Positions 23,426-36,837 of a stretch of DNA of 50,772 bases are shown here, piece by piece. The notes beneath the pieces are model-generated. The model worked only from the letters and a program-made list of their open reading frames with translations. It had not been told where the DNA came from and made no database searches. This stretch comes from Reclinomonas americana ATCC 50394 (lineage: Eukaryota), in contig PS015319.1 of NCBI GenBank assembly GCA_048213135.1, forward strand, positions 64,701-115,472. Direction: 5' to 3'. Position numbers and translations under genes: made by a program. Numbering within the stretch: position 1 is the first letter of the stretch; each line of letters starts with the position of its first letter.

Positions 23426-26400
23426 GCAGCGCATGTCAAATCTCCCGTGCGGAATGGACGCTGACACGCCAGCGACTCTGCGTTGCGTCATCCCTCCCTC
23501 ACCATCTTCCCGAGTCCCTCCCCCACCCACTCACGCCACCACTCACAACAGATGCTGGAGAAGGAGCTCATCACCGCCACCAGCAATATTCGGCGGTTGC
23601 GAGCTGGCGTCAGCGAACGCAACGCGCTGCTGGATTCAGTGCGCAAAACTCTCTACATGGAGGTGGTGTATCTCCGACAGCAAGTCGAGGAGATGAGGCA
23701 ACGAGTTTCGTATGCGCTCTCTCTCCCTCCCTCCCTCCCTCTCCCATCCGTCGTCACTCACGTGCCGCCGCCCAGCTCAACCTCAAGAACGCACCCGATG
23801 TGTTCGTGCCGCCACCCACCGAATTCGACATCAACGTGAGCTGGCTGGAGCTCCTCGGCCGCTTCAGTGCCGGCGAGTCGCCAGACGATGTGTTCCTGTA
23901 TGGCATGTCGCCCGAAAAGTTGCGCTCGCTGCAGAATCTGGATGAGATGCGTCGCGAGGTGGAGGCCGTGCGCCAGCAGGGAATCGAGGAGGCGAATAGG
24001 ACGCGTGAGTTTTACAAGGTGCGTGGGAGAACGGGGAAGGGTGAGAGTTTGGGAGGGTCACTGATGTTCTCCCTTTTCCCCACATCCACCAGTCCCAAAT
24101 CATCGACATGAAATCCAAATTGGAGATGCTGGCCGAAACCAGCGTCAACATGCAAAACCAACTGGTGGACCGGCTGGAGGCGGCGCAGGAGTTCTCACAG
24201 AAGCTGTTGTCGATCGTCGCCGCCTTCCACCAGGAGACCGATTTGGACGATGAGGATAATCTGGAGCAGGATCTCGCACAGGCGCACGACGAAGTGAACG
24301 ACAGTCAGCGGGTGCGTTTGTGTCTGCCCAGGCAGTCTACAATTCTATGTCTCCTATCCTTCACACCCCCAGTTTCCGTCATCTGCTCTCTGCCTCTGCT
24401 TTCACAGTCTCTTGCCTTCGTCTTTGTGTCCTCACCCGTCTCCTACCTTTCTCACTATCACACTCTCTGTACTTCCACTACGTTCTCTAACCCACTTTTC
24501 CCTGTTTCCTTTTCCTCCCTCCCATCCCATCCCCCTTCTCTTCCCCCTCTCGCAGGCCTACGAACAAGTCTTGGCCCGCGTGCGCCAAAAGCTCGCCACT
24601 CTGCGCGACCAACTGGCCACCAGAGACGCCACCGCCGACTCGCAGCTGGCCGAGTTGCAGCAGCTGCGGCACGTGGCGCGCGAATTCGAGATGATGAAGA
24701 CGCACTGGAAGGAGCGCGAGAATTCGTTGCAGGCCGCCGCAGCGTCGAACGTGAATGGTGAGCAATGGCAATGCTGGGATTGTCTCTTTTCGTGGCTGCA
24801 TTCTCCTATCCTCACTCTCCACTCGTTTCACGATTTTCTTCCTTTCTCTCCCTCTCTCTCTCACTCTTTCGCTCTCTCTCTCTCTCTCTCTCTCGCTCTC
24901 TGTGCGTCGCTTGCTCTGGTTCTGCTCTGGTTCTGCGCTGGCTCGTCACTCGCTCTGCTCTTGTTCTGCTCTGCTTCTGCTCTCTCTCTCTCTCTGTCTT
25001 TGCGTCGCTTTGCTCTGGCTCTCTTTCTCTCCCCCTCCCCCTTCTCTCTCTCTATCGCCCCCCTCTCTTTCCCCTTTCCTCCCCTCCCCCTCACCCTTCC
25101 CTCCATGTCCACAGACGAAAAGATCCAAGAGCTTGAACGCGAAGTAGCCCTGGCCAAGAGTCAGCTGGACCTCGACGCATCAGAGATGCACGAGCTGCGA
25201 CACCAGCTGCAGCAGGCGCGGAGCGAGAACCACCAACTGCAACAGCATTCGCACGACCTTGGTGAGCGTTCTCATCGCACACATTCACTTCACTCCCATT
25301 TCTTCTGATTATCTGGCGGTAGAGGATCGCATCTCGTACACTCGCAGCGACAGCAAGCGCCTCGAGGAGCTTGTGAAGCAGCGTCAGCAAGAAGCTGATG
25401 CCGTCAAGCAGGCACTGGAGGAGCACGCTGTCGCACTCGAGGCGGCTCAGCAACGGTTTGTGCACTCTCACTATCCCATTCTCAGCCACGCACACACGGA
25501 CTGACAGCCAATCTCTCCCTCCCTCTTCCCTTTTCCTCTCCCTTGCCCTCTCCCTTCTCCCTCACTCTCCTTCTCCCTCTCCACAGCGCCGAGGAAGCCG
25601 AGCAGGCACGCATGGTGGCGGAGATGCTGGCATCGCGAGTGTCCGATTCGGCAGACAAATCCCGCGCCGAAGCCGATGTCGCACAGGCCGCTCGAATGCA
25701 AGCCGAGGCGCGCGCTGCCGCCGCCGCCAAGATCGCCTCGACCATGGCCGAGACACGTGCGGCGGCCGTTGCTGCTGCAGCTGCCACCGCCCTGTATGCC
25801 AACTCGGTCGCCGCGGGCGGCAACAGTGTGGCGACCAGTACTGCTTCGGCCGGCACGACACCTCGCGTGTTGAATCTTGCCGGCCTCTCGCAGAATGGTA
25901 ACGGCGGTGGCGCAGGTGGCGCTGTCACCGTGTACGGCAGCAACAGTGCCTCAATAACCATCACATCGCTTGGTGTGCCGTCGGCGGCGGCGGCGGCGGC
26001 GGGTGACGGTGAAGGTCGCCACGGCCCAGTGGGAGTGGCCCGCTCGGCGCAGACATCGTCCCGCGAGCCTGCGTCACACACCGACGCTCCGTTCCTCACG
26101 GTGCGGCACCTGGACACCATGTCACGCGGCGTGTCTGCTCGCTCCACCGTGCCGTCGTCTTTGGGTGAGGGATTGTTGTCGCCACATGCGCCCGCGGCCC
26201 CCGCACCAGCACCCGGCGGCATGCAGATCGTCGGCATGAACATTCTGCAGGTGCCTGCTGTGGTGCTTCCGCAGCATCAGCATCAAGTAATGTCGCCACC
26301 ACGTCAACCAGCACCTCCGCCACCGCCACCGCCACCACCACCGCCGCCGGTGCAGCGCCAAGACTCTTCGACCCACGCCGCGTACCTGCCTGACATTGGG

Positions 26401-29120
26401 TACCCGTACGGAATGGACGAATTGTGCAGGCCGCTGAAGCCGCCAGTGCAGCCGACGCCAGTGGTCATTACGAAACCGGAGCCGAGTTGCGCCGCCGGCG
26501 TTTATTTTGACTCCTTGTCATGGCAATGACTCACTGTGTTGTGCAGGGCTGGTCATGGAAATCACGATTCCGATGGAGATCACCTGCGACGAGCCAGTGA
26601 TTCTTGAGGTGTACCGCAATTTGGCCATGTCGGTGACGGTGGGTGTCGCGTGCGTTTTTGTGTCACGCTCCATTTTCCCCGTCTGCTCACGGACCTTTGC
26701 ACAGCTCTTCCCGGCCACTGCTGGTACAGCGGCCCTGGCCCTCAAACAGGCCATTGATCGCCTGGCGTTGTTTGTGCAGCGCCAAGTGGAGAATGTGAAG
26801 AAAATGGCCTTGGCGGAGGCGACTGGCGGGCGCCGTCAGTTGCGTGTGGGTGTTGCCGCGCCCGCGTGCGTTCAGTTGTGCTGACCTCTCTCGCTGACAG
26901 GCTGGCCACATCCATCGACGACATTGAGAGTGATTTGCAGGCGCTCACCAACATGTACCCGTACGGCAGACGAGTGGCGAAGCGTGCTGCTTCGCGGCGC
27001 TCCCTGTCGCCCTCAAAGATCCTGTTGAATCGCTACTTTTCCCAGGGTACGTTGACGAAGGGAGGGCAGGCTGCGGACAGACTTTCATTCTTTGTTTCAC
27101 ATCCTCCTTCGTTTGTTCACCGCGTGGTGTCAAACACAATTGGTGCTCTCTTCTCGCAATCACTGCATTGTCTCATCGGTCTCACTTCTCGCGTTGCTTC
27201 TCTCTCGCCTCTGCCTTGATTTCCATTTTCCAGTGTCCATTTCTCGTCTCACTTCCAAGTCCCTTTCACTCCCTCATTTGTTCTCTTCTCACTTCAGCCT
27301 CCATCCACCCACCTTCCCACTCATCCCCTCTCACTCGCCTCTACCATTCTCTCACCCCCGTCCCCTTCCTCTTTCTCTAATTACCCTTTCCCGCATCCTC
27401 CCTTACCTTGTATGCAGGCGGCGAGGACGGCGAAACCCTACCCCCCATGTTCCGCTACGACTTTTCCGCTTTCGACGGACCAATTCCCATGGGAGGCGGC
27501 AACGTCTTGCTGCCACTGACCGGCAGTCCCGCCGTGCTGCACCAGGATGTGAACACGCGAGCCACCGTGTTCCGGCAGCTCGGCCACTCGGCCCGTCTCA
27601 GCACGCCGGTGCCTGGTGGCCTTGTGGGGCCAGGCGAGACGCCGCTGTTTGACGGCCGGAGCCGCGGCGACGACGACAGCAGCGATCAGTGGGAAACCGA
27701 TCAGCCGCTGCGATGCACACCGCTGCTCGATCAGCCGATGATGTGGCAGCCGCGACCGGCCAGTCGTCCAACCTCGCGCCAGCAGAGTGCGCGCGAGGAG
27801 ACGTTGCAGTCGTTTGACGGGACCATTACGTCGTCGGTGTCACACGGGCGTCCGCGACCGCACTTGTCGTCGTCGCGTGACGCGAATCCGTCACCGTCGC
27901 CCGTGCCGGTGCTGTCGTCGTCTGTCGATTCCCCCGGTCCGCTGAAGCTGCGACGCGATCCCCTGGGGCGCCTCGAGATTGCCGAGCCACCCTCCTTGCC
28001 GTCGGTGGTGGCCTCCAACGGCAAGCCGTCACAGCAACAACAACAGCTGCAGCAGCAGCAGCCGTTGGATCGACAGGCGCGCCCCATGAAACGCGGTCGT
28101 TTGCCGTCGCTCACGCGCACCTTGTCGCCGCCGCCGGGGTCCACCATGTCACTGCCGCGTGCGCAGTCTCCGCCGCGATCGCCAACGAATCCTCCCTCGA
28201 TTCCGTCGCGCACCCCGTCGTCGCCACCCGGAAATCCACTGCGTGTCAGTTGCGTGATGATGATGATGGTTACGATAGGGAGAAGGAGGAAAGGGGGAGA
28301 AGGGGAGAGAAAGAGAGGAAGCACGAGTAGGAGAGAGAAAATGTATGAGTGCGAGTGTGCTCACAACATGATTGCAGATGTCGACGAGATATTGCCGTCT
28401 GGGTTTGGTGTGCTGCCTGAGCCGCGTCGCAAGGTGCCTCGGTACATGCACGATTTCGTGAATGAATTCCAGGAGAACGAAGTCGCACTGTCGCACCTGC
28501 GTCAGTCGCTGCGGCAGCAGAACGAAGGCATTCGCAACATGCTGACTGTGCGTGTGTCCTTGTGCGGGAAGAGAGATGGTGCGTTGAGCTCACTTTGTCT
28601 TCTTTTGTGTTGCAGTCGATGGGCATGGCGATTCAAGGCTACGACAGCACGTCGCCGACCCACGGTGGCTCGGTGGCGGGTGCTGGTGCGCGCGCACTGC
28701 GAAGACCCAATGTGCCGCCACCGGTGCGGCCATTTGGAGAACGCGATGCGGCAGTGTTGGCCGCTGCTGAGTGGTGAGTGATGGTGGACAGCGAGAGAGA
28801 GGCGGCGGAGGGAGGAGAAAGAGAGGAAAGGACTGGAAGTATTCTTGATTGTTGTATTTCGTTTCTCTATTTCTCTCCTCTCTCTCAAGTTACCGACACC
28901 TGACGCAATTCTCCCCTCTCTCACTTTCTCTCTTTGTCTGTGCATTCTTGTTTGAAATACTTTCCCAGCCACTTGCCTCCCTTTTCTTCTCCGTCTCCCG
29001 TTTTTCTTGGCCGTTAGAGTCACCAGCTATCTATTATTGTCGCTGATATCACTGCATGCAACGTCCGACTCCCTCTCTTCCCGCCTCCCTCTCTCGGGTT
29101 TCTTCGCTGTTGGAGCTCTC

Positions 29121-29159
<39 letters not shown>

Positions 29160-30763
29160 CCCTCGATCGCCATCCATTGTCATCGTGTCCTGCCTCCTTC
29201 TCCTTTCCCTCTTTCTGTCTTGCCTACTTCACCTTTCCCTCACCCCGGCGGCACTTTGATTCGCAGGGAGAAATCGCTGCAAAAGATCCAGGCAAGCAAG
29301 CAATCGGTGGCCGAGGCAGCCACGGGTCAGTATGTAGCATTCTCCTGCAGTTGTAGTGTGTCACTGACACCACGGCCGCGCAGGTGGTTCGTTGACGACG
29401 GCGACAATCGACATGCGCAGTCGCTCACCGTCGCCGTTCCGACAAAAGTCGCTGCCGTCGATCGACGAGCGTGGTCGTGGTTCGAGGTTAACCCTCGAAT
29501 CACAGGTATGATGATAGTAGTGGTGGAGAAAAAGAAGAATAGTAATTGTTGTTTTGCTGTTGACCTCTGTAGTTTTGCAATGAGAAAAATGCAGTTTTGT
29601 TGATATATTGTTTTGCCCGTGAGAATTCGTGTTGACCGCCGCATTCGCTCTCCCTCTCTTTGTATGTGTGTACGTGTGTTTGTGCCTGCCCTGTATTGCC
29701 CTGCCTTCATTTTTCCACTCCCTTTTTCGTGACCGCCGCGCCGACGTGGAGGAGAGAGTTACAGCCACTGTGCTCTTTTCTCTCTGCACGCTTCCCACCT
29801 CGTCCCTCTTCTCTTCTCCTTTCTGCAGATGGAGAGTGCGACTGCGGGCGACATGAATCCGTGGAACTCGGAGCCGACGCCTCCCGATACGGAGGAGGTA
29901 CCGCAGTTGGCTGAGCAAGACGGAGGCGACGATGCACCGCCGACGAAATCACCACGGCAAGAGGATCGCGGGCGTCGGCGGTCGTCGGCCGCGCTGTCGG
30001 CCAGTGGAGAGCGACCCCGGACAAGTGAATCGGCAGTGTCTCCTGGTGGTCGCCGGCCTTCACTTGCCAAGCAGGCGTCGCGGCGCTCGCGCAGCAGCAG
30101 CGGCCGCGAGTTGGTGGTCGAATTGACAGCCGTCTCGATGCACGTGCATGGAGGAGGTGACCGCGCGCCGCGATCCATTGCCAGTGAGTCGCATCGCTTT
30201 TCCTGCGTGTGTGTCTCCTTTGCCAAAGCTCACGTTCTTCTGTCGGGCAATCGCTCAGCCACGCTGACCGACGAGGCGCCATCGTCGTCGGTGCCGACCA
30301 CGCGAGACGACCTGTCATCGTCGCTCCCGCACGGTGCTGGACTGAGTCGGCGGCCTTCCTTTGGTGAGTTGTCTCCTTATTGCTTCCTCGATGTCGGTGT
30401 TGTTGGTCGTCCTCACATCGCTCCCAATCAGCTGGCGGCTTCAACCGCGGTCGTCCTCGAACATCGCCAACCGCACAGGGACGCCGGACTGTAACGCAAA
30501 CCGCCGTGCAAGCCATGCTCAAAAAGGCCGGCGCCCGCCCTCCTGCACTCAACCGACCACCGGAGCTGCCGGCGGCTGGGGAAATCGATTTCGTATCGCC
30601 CGTGTCGCCGCTGAGCCGCGCACGACGAGCCTCCACTGCCGGATCGCCGACCAGCAGCCCCGACAGCCGGGCCGCTGCTCTCCGACGCATCCGTGCCGCC
30701 TCTCCACCACCGCAGCAGCAGCAGCAGCCACCAGAAGCTCTTGCATATGAGGAGCCAGTGTAA
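23426..30763 (+). CDS. Large multi-exon hypothetical protein: N-terminal coiled coil, then long Pro/Ser/Gln-rich disordered regions; 5' end uncertain
   Basis: About 20 GT-AG-bounded coding exons (e.g. 23552-23704, 23775-24018, 24093-24311, 24556-24757, 25115-25261, 27418-28242, 29829-30184, 30432-30763) with heptad-like E/Q/L/R content. Joining them into one gene is inferred. Confidence 0.6.
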
Positions 30764-30997
30764 TTCGTACTTTGTTACTAGGCAGCTAATTATACTGTTC
30801 TCGTCCCGTCGTCGCCTGGCGTTCGGGTTGTCGGATTTCGCCGTGTCCGCCAACCAATCCTCCCATTCGTGTCCTTTTTTGAGAGCAGCATGTTTGCTCG
30901 ACTGCTGGCATGGTGTGGCATGCTTGGCACCACCGCCATGGTTGCTCACCACACGCCCGCACACCCGCTGCATGCATCTTCGTCCTTTACATTGAGC

Positions 30998-32820
30998 ATG
31001 GACAACAACAACAACAAAAATCCGACAAACGCGGAGTTGCCTCCTCCCTCAACTCCCGTCGCCACTGTGGCACCGCCGCGTCTGCGAGTGGCCATCATTG
31101 GAGGCGGCATCGCCGGCGCCGGCTCTGCGTTGATGTTGCGCCACCGACTGGGAGCGCAACACATTTCTGATGTGTTCGAGAAGGAAACACGACTCGGAGG
31201 ACGCTGTGAGGGCTTTGTCGTGCCTGCCAGTGTTGCAGGAGTTGAGTGCTCTTCATTGCACGCACCAGCACATGCATCTCCTCTCTCCTAATCTCTCTCC
31301 AAGTAGGACAAGGCCATGGGAGTTCTGGAGTTGGGATGCACGATTTTGCATCGAGAGAATCGATTTATTCAGGCGTGGTTGGCGGCGTTGCAGCTGGACA
31401 CGCGCAACTCCATGTCGGCCGAAGCGAAGCAGGCGTGCGAAGACACTCTTAGCATCTTTGATGGCACTCGAATGCAGTGGCAGTCGCGCCCGGCCAATAC
31501 ATTGCTGGGCAAAGGCATGCTGGTGCTGTCGTTGGGCTGGAAGTGCGTCGTCGTGTGCAATGAATATGCTCTTCTTCTTTCCTCACAAGACTCGAGTGCA
31601 GGTACGGCATTGCGGTGCTGTGGATGCGGCTGGCCGGCAGCTCGACCCTCAGCAATTACCTGCGCATTTACGACGATCGAGAGGCGTACGAGTCGCCGCG
31701 TCAAATGCTGCACAAGATGAGGCTGGACCACCTGCTGGCCATGTCGATGCACGACCACATGGTCAGGGACGTCGGCTGCGGAGACGAGGTGGTGCAGCAC
31801 CTGATCGGTGCCGCCACGCGTTGCAACTTTGCGCAGGAGGCCACCGACTTGTCGGCACTGTCCGGCATGGTGTGCCTGTCGGGCGACCCGGAGCACCTCA
31901 ACTGCACCGTCGGCGGCTACGATCGCATTGTGGAGGGAGTGGCACGCGCTTCTAATGCCCGTCTGCACCTCGGCCACGCCGTGGTCAGCGTGCAGCGGCT
32001 GGCGGGGGAAGGAGGCACTGAGTCGCGAGCGCAGTACGTGCTGGTGACCGACGACGACGTGCGACACGGCCCGTTCGACGCCGTGATTGTTGCGGCACCG
32101 CTGTCGGTGCTGGCGCACTCGATGTTGCAGCAGCAAGAGGGCAGCGAGTTGCTGCCGGCCGAGTTGCGTTCGCGCTTGGAGGAGGCGCGTGACGCGAGCA
32201 CCCAACACGAGACCGAGATGAACATCACCATGGTGTTGGGCGTGCCGCGCGCGCACCGCCTCGGCGTGAGCGCAGTGTCGGAGCTGCCGGACCACGTGCT
32301 GACTCCGCTGCACTCGAGCAACCCGTTCATCTCCATCTCGTGCCTCGTGTCGTCGGAGGGCTCGGTCGACAAGCAGAAGCGCGGCATCTACAAGGTGGTG
32401 TCGAAGCAGGCGTGGAACGACGCACTGGTGCACGAGTGGTTCGAGGACGGCGCCGAGGTCCTGGTGGTGCGGCGCTGGACTCATTTCCCGAAACTCGCCC
32501 CCAAGGCGGTCGACGAGCAGTTGCCGTCCTTCCGTGTCGCTGACGGACTTTATTACGGTGAGCGAGAGAAGGATACGAAAGTGTGGCGAAAACAGGGATT
32601 GCGTTGCTCACCTATTCTTTTTGCTTCTCATGCAGTCAACGCCATGGAGTCGGTGATGAGCACGTTGGAGACGGAGGCACTGGCTTCTCGCAATGTCAGT
32701 CGTCTGCTGTGCGGTGACTTTGGCGCCGACACATACGTGCCGGCAGGCGACGAACTGGTGGCGACCGCGGCCATTGTGCGCGAGGCTACAAAGACAAGCG
32801 CGAATCCGGTGGTGTCATAA
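30998..32820 (+). CDS. PCYOX1: Prenylcysteine oxidase/lyase family FAD oxidoreductase
   Basis: RVAIIGGGIAG...DVFEKETRLGGR, ELGCTILHRENRFI, WKYG, FDAVIVAAPL and YYVNAMESVMSTLETEALASRNVSRLL; three introns (~31241-31306, 31543-31601, 32558-32635). Confidence 0.85.
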
Positions 32821-33027
32821 CCCATCGAGTAAAAAAGCAAGCAACTTTTGCATTAGACTCCTTGCGTCATCATGGCTCTCACACGAGCCTTCTTCGGCCT
32901 CGACTGGAAGCGTCGTCACTGGCCGTCCACACTCTCTTTCGCGTGTGGGAGGAGGCACGCACGCACACACCGACACCCCGACATACCGTGCGCGGGAGAG
33001 GTGCGGCTCGGCTCGGTTCGGCTTGGC

Positions 33028-34298
33028 TCACCACAGCGCTCCACACACATTCATGTCGACGAGTGGAGCCTTGTAGAACGACGTGCCGCTGTGCGCCACC
33101 AGACTGACATCGTCCGGCACCGAGTTCGGGTCGGTGGCCCAGCGGAACAGGTGCGACGAGGCGCGGATGCCACCAATCACACCGTACTCGGAGTGCGGAT
33201 AAAAGTGGCCCCACGCCTGCACGTGCGAGGTGTAGCACCAGTCGCAGTTGAAGGGGATGCCCTCGGGGCAGCTGCCACACTGATCGGCGTAGGTGACATT
33301 GAGGGCGGCGCTGAGGTGCCGCAAGGCCAGGTGCTGAAAGGCGGCCTGATCAAACGGGTGTCGCGTGAACATGCCCGACACTGCTTCCAGCGATGAGCAG
33401 CACACAGAAAGCAACGGCCAGCAAAAGGAGAGTTAACGCAACAGCCGAGCTCCCACCAGTCACTGAGCAGCTCCAAGGTCCACGGATCGCGTCGCGCTCC
33501 CAACACCGCCGTACTGCACTCACACACACATAAGCTTCCCTGCTCGACTCCAACTCTCCAAGACAACGAAACGCACTTCAAAAAGTACCCATCGGGTATC
33601 ACCAACTTGGTCTCGCCGTCGTCGACAAAGCACTCATCGAGCGGTACGCGACACGACAACGGATCCATCCACGCATCCATATCCACAAAGAACACTCGCG
33701 GATGCACCTGCAACACCGCCTCCATCGCCCACGACTTGTAAAAGTGCAGAGGCACCCTCTTCCCGTGCACATCCACCATCGACTCGGTCACCGCCACAGG
33801 AGGCACGTACACATACACCTCCGCACGCTGTCGACGCGCATACGAAGCCCATGAGACCACCGAGGGAATGAATCGCGTAAGGTCCTCCAGCGCAGGTGCC
33901 ACAAGACTCACAATGGCCGCGCGTTCACAGTGCACTGGCCACGCGGCCAGTGGAGGCTCCCCACTCGGCCACGACACCAGCACGCGATACAGAGAGCAGC
34001 CTGTGCGCGTCCACACAGACATGCGCACTCCGCGGTTCTCTCCAATGACGAGCAGTGAGTCGGCAGAGGAGGCGGGCTCAGAGGTGGAGGGGGAGAGCAG
34101 GAGCGTGCACTCGGGCTGGAGGGCGTGAGAGTGGCAGGCGGGGTCGAAGAGAGGCGGTTCGGGTGTGTCGCGCGTGAGTCGTGCGATCAGTGGCCAGGCG
34201 AGAGGCGCCGCAAAGAGGGAGATGATAAAGGCGAGGATCAGAGTCGACATGAGGCAAGTGCCGCGCGATGGTCTCGACACATCCTCGTCGCTGCTCAT
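33028..34298 (-). CDS. Type II membrane glycosyltransferase, GT34 (MNN10/GMA12)-like
   Basis: N-terminal TM (LILAFIISLFAAPLAWPLI), FYKSWAM, DxD motif FFVDMDAW, LNTAVLGARRDPWTLELLSDWW and PFDQAAF. An extra 3' exon ending at 32879 is possible. Confidence 0.7.
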
Positions 34299-34333
34299 CG
34301 AAGGGACGCGCGAAGAACGAAATTGCAGTGTGT

Positions 34334-36072
34334 TTATCGACGTTTTCGATCGGGCGATGGCTTTCTTCGTTCGCGATCGCGATCTCTGTCCCTGTCCCTG
34401 TCCCTGTCCCTGTCGCGATCTCTGTCTCGATCGCGGTCTCTGTCGCGGTCTCTGTCGCGATCGCGATCGCTGCGGTCCCGGTCGCGGTCTCTGCGGTCGC
34501 GGTCGCGATCCTTGCTGGAGCGGCGAGTGCTGCGGTCGGGGGTGGCGCACGGAAGCAGCGGTCAAGGAGCTCAGAAAGTGTGTGTGTGAGTTGTTTGCAT
34601 GCAAGGACGGGGAAGCAAGAAGGATATCTGCCAGATGGCGAGCGGGTTCGTTTCCTGGCGTGCCGTGCGTCGCCGGGCTCGCCCGATGCATCGCCAACCG
34701 GAGGCGGCGAGTCTCCGCCGTGAGAGGAGGAGGTGTGCATGCCCATTGGTGGTGGTGGCCAGCCGCCGGCAAAGTCACCATGTGGCGGCATGAACGGTGG
34801 CATGGGCATGGGTGCGTGCTGTGGATACGACGAGGAGCGGCCACCCATCATTGGCGCGCCGCCGCCGTACCCGTAATCGCCGCCATACGGGCCGTTGCGA
34901 TTGCCTCTCCCGCCTCGCCCGCCGCCGCCGCCACCGCCGCGCCCACCACGACCCTGATACCCGCTCCCGCTTCCGCTTCCACCGCCGCTACCACTGCCAC
35001 TGGCACCACCAGCTGCGCGCGCATACAGAAAGTCACTCTCACGGCGTGCGCACGGGGGGTTGAGTGACTACACATGACGCACGCATGTAGCCCGGCATTG
35101 GTCCGTATCCCGCGGCAGCCCCCGGCATTGGCATGCCCATGGGCGGCGGGGCCATGAACGGCCCGCGCGGAGGCAACGGCAGCCCCGGCATCAACGACGG
35201 CCCGCCCATCACCACTCCCGGCGGCATCACGCCCGGCATTGGATCGAAGAGTGCGTCGGGGTTCGCCGGCACCGGCATCACCACCAGCGGTCCGCCGAGT
35301 GCATGCGTGCTGGCAAAGTCACTGTCCGCCATTATGACGACGATTAGGATGAAATTTAGGGAGAGAGGAGTGAGAAGGCGGAAAGATCACGCAACACGGC
35401 CATCAGTCGATCGCGCGCCGCCGTTGCACTTTCCGAGTCTGCGAACTGCAGGTACACCCGACTGTGCATTGCAAGCGAGGGGGATGAGTTCACAGAAGAA
35501 GGGGTAGACAGGTGGAGAGGGAGAGGGAGAAACAGATCAAGGATCGAGCGTTGCGAAGAAGATCGATTACTTGTACGATCGCTCTGTAATGTCGCTCCCT
35601 CGATTATCCGTCTCTCTCCCTTTCCAAGCACGATTGAACACATGCACAGCTCGCGAACACTGTCTCCACCGTCGACGTGGATAATCGCCATTCCTCCCTT
35701 CGCCCTCTCTCCAAGCGCCCCGCATGATAAGGGATCGCTGTCTCCACGATCGCCAACGCCGCAATCGCCAGACCTCACAACACTCACCCCTCCCTTCAAA
35801 TACAATCGAGCATAAACATGGCCCGCAACAGATCGCTGTCACTGTCGACCACGATCCTCTCTTATTCTCATTTCTCTCTCTCTCTCTCTCTCTCTCTCNN
35901 NNNNNNNNNNNNNNNNNNNNNNNNNNNNNNNNNNNNNNNNNNNNNNNNNNNNNNNNNNNNNNNNNNNNNNNNNNNNNNNNNNNNNNNNNNNNNNNNNNNN
36001 NNNNNNNNNNNNNNNNNNNNNNNNNNNNNNNNNNNNNNNNNNNNNNNNNNNNNNNNCCTCTCTCTCCTCTCA

Positions 36073-36136
<64 letters not shown>

Positions 36137-36575
36137 CCTCTCTCTCTCCCTTCTCCTTCCTGCCCTTCCTGCCCTTCACCCCACTCACCCTCGACTCTTC
36201 CCCGACAACTTCTCCTCATCAAACCGAATCGCCGTAACCACCGCCGGCGCCACTCTCTCCTCCAACTCACGATCCGTCGTCCACCACGACAAGTTCATGA
36301 CAAGAATCGCTCCCGCGGTCGACATCGACTCCCCCTCACTCATCAGCGGCTCAATCGCAGACGCAGCGCCCTCATCAAGCAACGATGCCTTGATCCCAGC
36401 AATCACTGCCTGCACACAGTGTGTGTGTGTGAGAGAGAGAGAGTGCGTGTGTGACAAAAGTGTGCGTGAAATGACGCACTGGGTTGTCACTGGCCACACT
36501 GCCACTGCCGCTGCTTGGCTGCGGCGGAGGCACAGTGGTGCCCAGTGTGCCATACAAGTCAAACTCGTCGGCCAT
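34334..36575 (-). CDS. CPSF6: Cleavage factor Im 68/59 kDa subunit (CPSF6/CPSF7-like): RRM, Pro-rich region, RD/RS tail
   Basis: MADEFDLYG start; ILVMNLSWWTTDRELE...IRFDEEKLSGKSRG|RVYLQF RRM; Pro/Gly-rich middle; terminal (RD)n ending RKPSPDRKRR-TAA at 34334. Confidence 0.85.
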
Positions 36576-36837
36576 GCACACACGCGCGCTCAAAGTGACA
36601 CACAAAGAGATTCCAGTCGGATCAGCGGGGATGGCTAGTTGTCACTGAGGATTCTGGAAGAACGATCAGGATCCAACTCGTCTCAACTCGTCGTCTCCAA
36701 TAGTTCTACGTTTGTTTGCTTGTCGGCCACGCAACACGCGCACACACAGCGAGAGACACAAAAACAAATTCCACAGTTCATCGGATCAACAGGACAGCCA
36801 TCCAAACTAAACGAGTTGCAAGGAGGGAGAGAAGGCG

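Noticed and set aside
31369-32484. 371-aa ORF antisense to prenylcysteine oxidase
   Set aside because: It is a high-GC3 shadow frame with no motif.
33177-34844. 555-aa single ORF
   Set aside because: It is an off-frame read of the CPSF6 3' exons running into the glycosyltransferase; these are two genes.
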